This document shows, piece by piece, positions 61,021 through 64,000 of a stretch of 64,000 bases of DNA (its first letter is position 1; each line of letters starts with the position of its first letter). This stretch comes from Bdellovibrionota bacterium (lineage in GTDB: Bacteria; Bdellovibrionota_C; UBA2361; CAKMMH01). The stretch covers positions 128,001 to 192,000 of the forward strand of contig JBMNLI010000012.1 of NCBI GenBank assembly GCA_050952645.1, in the 5' to 3' direction. Position numbers and translations under genes: made by a program. Under the pieces are notes generated by a model. That model had not been told where the DNA came from and did not search any database. It saw only the letters and a program-made list of their open reading frames with translations.

Positions 61021-62106
61021 ATGGCAGAAGGATCAGCACCTGAGGAAAGAACCGAAGACCCTACAGCGAAAAGAATGGAACAGCTTAGAAAAGATGGCGC
61101 TATCCATGTAAGCACAGAGCTAGCGCAAGTGCTATCTCTAATCGCTGGATTTATAGCTCTAAAATCTATTTGTAAAAGTCTATTTAAAGATCTTCAATTT
61201 GTTTTAACTACATCATTTAAAAAAATAGCAGATACTACACAAATTACTTATAACCAAGTCTATGAGGGCGCTCTTGGGGTTCTTTACTTAATAGGCCCAA
61301 AAATATTTTTACTACTTATAATAGTTTCTACCGTGTTTGCACTAACAATCTTAACTCAAACGAATTGGAATATAAAAGAAAAGAAAATCGATTTTAAATT
61401 TTCAAACTTAAATCCTATAAACGGTATAAAAAGAGTTTTCTCGGTAAATGGCGTGGTAAATACTTTAAAAGCCATCTTAAAGTTAGCTTTAATAATACCT
61501 ATTGCATACTACGGGCTTAAAAGCTTTGCTCCACAAATGATAATGCTTATGCATCACCAAATAAACGATATATTCGTATTTATCGGAAAGGCAGTATCAT
61601 CGCTTTTTTGGAAAATAATTTCAATACTAATAGCTTTAGCGATTTTCGACTATTTTTGGGGCAAACATAGATGGCTAAAATCTAACAGAATGACTAAAGA
61701 TGAGGTAAAAGATGAAAGAAAGGCTATAGAAGGTGATGAAAAAACTAAAATGCAAATTAGACAAAAAGGATTTCAAAGAATAAGGCAACAAATAGCAAAG
61801 AGCGTGCCTCTAGCAGATGTAGTAATTACAAACCCTACGCACTTTGCAGTAGCTTTAAAATACGACCCAGATGTGGCATCAGCCCCAGTAGTCGTAGCTA
61901 AAGGTGCAGACTATATAGCAGAAAAAATAAAGGAAATAGCTAGAGAGCATAACGTGCCAGTCATCGAAAGAAAACCTCTCGCTCGTGCATTATATGCAGC
62001 AGTAGAAGTCGGGGAGCAAATTCCTTACGAACTATATAAAGCAGTTTCTTACGTATTTAAATATGTTTATTCACTAAAAAATCCAAAGTATAGGAGGACA
62101 GTATAG
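61021..62106 (+). CDS. flhB: Flagellar export apparatus protein FlhB
   Basis: ERTEDPTAKR, MTKDEVKDERK..EGD, VITNPTHFAVAL. Confidence 0.96.
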   Translation: MAEGSAPEERTEDPTAKRMEQLRKDGAIHVSTELAQVLSLIAGFIALKSICKSLFKDLQFVLTTSFKKIADTTQITYNQVYEGALGVLYLIGPKIFLLLIIVSTVFALTILTQTNWNIKEKKIDFKFSNLNPINGIKRVFSVNGVVNTLKAILKLALIIPIAYYGLKSFAPQMIMLMHHQINDIFVFIGKAVSSLFWKIISILIALAIFDYFWGKHRWLKSNRMTKDEVKDERKAIEGDEKTKMQIRQKGFQRIRQQIAKSVPLADVVITNPTHFAVALKYDPDVASAPVVVAKGADYIAEKIKEIAREHNVPVIERKPLARALYAAVEVGEQIPYELYKAVSYVFKYVYSLKNPKYRRTV

Positions 62107-64000
62107 ACGCTACTACTAAAAGAAAAACATTCGATATACAGTTTCTAAAACATTTAACGATGCCATTAACGTTAGTAGGTATATTATTTGTTTTAATTTT
62201 ACCTATGCCAACAGCGCTACTAGACGTTTGTATAGCATTAAATATCACGATTTCATTCGTAATATTATTTGCTTCACTCTATATGAAAAGACCTTTAGAC
62301 TTTTCGAGTTTCCCTGCCGTTTTACTAATTACGACGATGCTTAGGTTGGCTATGAGCGTAGCTGCAACTAGACTTATTTTATTAAATGGTGAAAAAGGAT
62401 TATCTGCTGCAGGACACGTAATCCAAGCTTTTGGGCAGTTTGTAGTCGGTGGAAATTACGCCGTAGGTATCGTTATCTTTATCGCAATTAGCATAGTAAA
62501 CTTAAAAGTTATTACTAAAGGTTCGGGGCGTATAGCAGAGGTTTCTGCTCGTTTTACCTTAGATGCTATGCCAGGAAAGCAAATGGCCATAGACTCAGAT
62601 CTTAATACTGGTTTGATAAGCGAAGATGAAGCTAAAGAAAAAAGAAATGATTTGCAAAGAGAGTCTCAATTTTACGGAGCTATGGATGGTGCTGCTAAGT
62701 TTGTAAGCGGAGATGCAATGGCAACACTAATGTTAGTGGTAGTAAATATAGCTGGTGGCTTCTTTATAGGAGTATTTCAAAAAGGTATGCATTGGAAAGA
62801 TGCCGCTTCGCTTTATACATTATTAACTATAGGTGATGGATTAGTAAGCCAAATTCCATCTATTATAATTTCTTTAGCATCAGGTTTAATAGTCGCTAGA
62901 AACGCTTCAGGTGATGATTTAAATACCGAGGTTTTAGGACAACTAGGAAAAAGCCATAGACCTTTATTCTTAACCTCGGGAGTGTGTTTAGGGCTTGCAG
63001 TGCTTCCTGGGCTTCCGTTCCTTCCATTTATGACGCTATTTGTGATTACGGGTATTGTGGCAATTGTGAAAAGAAGAGCCGTTATAGAAGAAAAAGATAA
63101 ACTTATAAAAGTAGCAATAGAAGATAAAGAACCTGTTGGGCCAAAACCTGGAAGCACTGAAGAGGTAGTTAAGTTATTGCCACTCGATGTTTTAGAGTTA
63201 GAGGTAGGCTACGAGCTAGTCGCTATGGTTGGAAGTGGGGAGCTTGTAGAAAGAATACGCTCGCTAAGAAGACAGTTTGCATTAGATTACGGCTTTATAG
63301 TGCCATCTATCCATATTAGAGATAATGTTCGCATCGCCCCTGGGGAATATAGAGTGCTTCTAAAGGGAAATTGCATTGGAAGAGGTGAGCTTATGTCGCA
63401 CCACTTGTTAGCGATGGATCCTGGAAACGTTACGGCTCCTATCGATGGCATTAAAACTAAAGAGCCAACTTTTGGGCTTGATGCTTTGTGGATTCCTGAA
63501 AGCGAAAAAGAAAGAGCTCAATTTTCTGGATACACCGTAGTCGAACATTCAACTATTATCACTACTCATATAACTGAGCTTATTAAAAACAATATGTCTG
63601 AACTTATAGGTAGACAAGAAGTGCAATACTTAGTCGATAATTTAGCTATGAAATATCCTAAGGTTGTAGAAGAGCTAATCCCTGGGCTTTTAACCATAGG
63701 ACAAGTAGAGCAAGTTTTATCAAGATTACTTAAAGAACAAATAAGCATAAGAGATTTAAGAACTATTTTAGAAACTCTTGCAAACTACGCACCACACATA
63801 AAGAGCGTTGAGCTTCTAACTGAACAAGTAAGAAAAAAATTATCACGTTCTATCACAGAAAAGTTTTTAACGAGCGAAGGCACTTTGCCATTAGTTAGCT
63901 TAAATCCAGCTTTAGAAAAAACGCTATCGGAAACTTTGCAAGCAACGGATGAAGGGTCGTACTTAGCATTAGAACCGAGTATGGCACAAAAGGTTATATC
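62103..64000 (+). CDS. flhA: Flagellar export apparatus protein FlhA, 3'-truncated (start ATA 62103 or ATG 62160)
   Basis: Translated by hand because it is absent from the ORF track: DFSSFPAVLL, FGQFVVGGNY, RIAEVSARFTLDAMPGKQMAID, FYGAMDGAAKFV. Confidence 0.95.
   Translation, partial: MDATTKRKTFDIQFLKHLTMPLTLVGILFVLILPMPTALLDVCIALNITISFVILFASLYMKRPLDFSSFPAVLLITTMLRLAMSVAATRLILLNGEKGLSAAGHVIQAFGQFVVGGNYAVGIVIFIAISIVNLKVITKGSGRIAEVSARFTLDAMPGKQMAIDSDLNTGLISEDEAKEKRNDLQRESQFYGAMDGAAKFVSGDAMATLMLVVVNIAGGFFIGVFQKGMHWKDAASLYTLLTIGDGLVSQIPSIIISLASGLIVARNASGDDLNTEVLGQLGKSHRPLFLTSGVCLGLAVLPGLPFLPFMTLFVITGIVAIVKRRAVIEEKDKLIKVAIEDKEPVGPKPGSTEEVVKLLPLDVLELEVGYELVAMVGSGELVERIRSLRRQFALDYGFIVPSIHIRDNVRIAPGEYRVLLKGNCIGRGELMSHHLLAMDPGNVTAPIDGIKTKEPTFGLDALWIPESEKERAQFSGYTVVEHSTIITTHITELIKNNMSELIGRQEVQYLVDNLAMKYPKVVEELIPGLLTIGQVEQVLSRLLKEQISIRDLRTILETLANYAPHIKSVELLTEQVRKKLSRSITEKFLTSEGTLPLVSLNPALEKTLSETLQATDEGSYLALEPSMAQKVI

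Overview
AT-rich bacterial chromosome segment from a diderm, flagellated, probably anaerobic organism: complete tolQRAB-pal-cpoB, flhB-flhA and pyruvate:ferredoxin oxidoreductase are present. A trmD-adjacent SPOUT gene and a sigma54 site before flhB are suggestive of a former-Deltaproteobacteria/Bdellovibrionota-like lineage (inference only). Most of the window is housekeeping: ffh, rpsP, trmD, nifJ, FKBP isomerase, cbpA-clpB, hisS-murC-hslVU, cca, gap/tpiA, rluD, polyprenyl synthase, menA-like, tRNA-Glu, queG and an M16 peptidase pair. Main candidates for something new: (1) a tightly coupled accessory operon at 1-4522, cut off at its 5' end, encoding a radical SAM/SPASM enzyme, a PqqD/RRE-like protein, a degenerate second SPASM protein, a divergent ClpP, a nucleotidyltransferase with a duplicated helical domain and an RNase J-like MBL hydrolase; (2) two unrelated orphan genes at 8.1-9.85 kb that share a promoter, a hairpin leader and a terminator whose loop is complementary to the leader; (3) a dispersed MITE/REP-like family with GGTTCTTCACGTTTTAAG termini, including a tandem array at 59.3-59.8 kb; (4) a candidate rod-shaped ncRNA near 15.1 kb. 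Five +1 homopolymer frameshifts cluster at 49.3-52.6 kb and are probably sequencing errors. No CRISPR array, rRNA, integrase or transposase was found. All family assignments are by eye from motifs; no database search was run.
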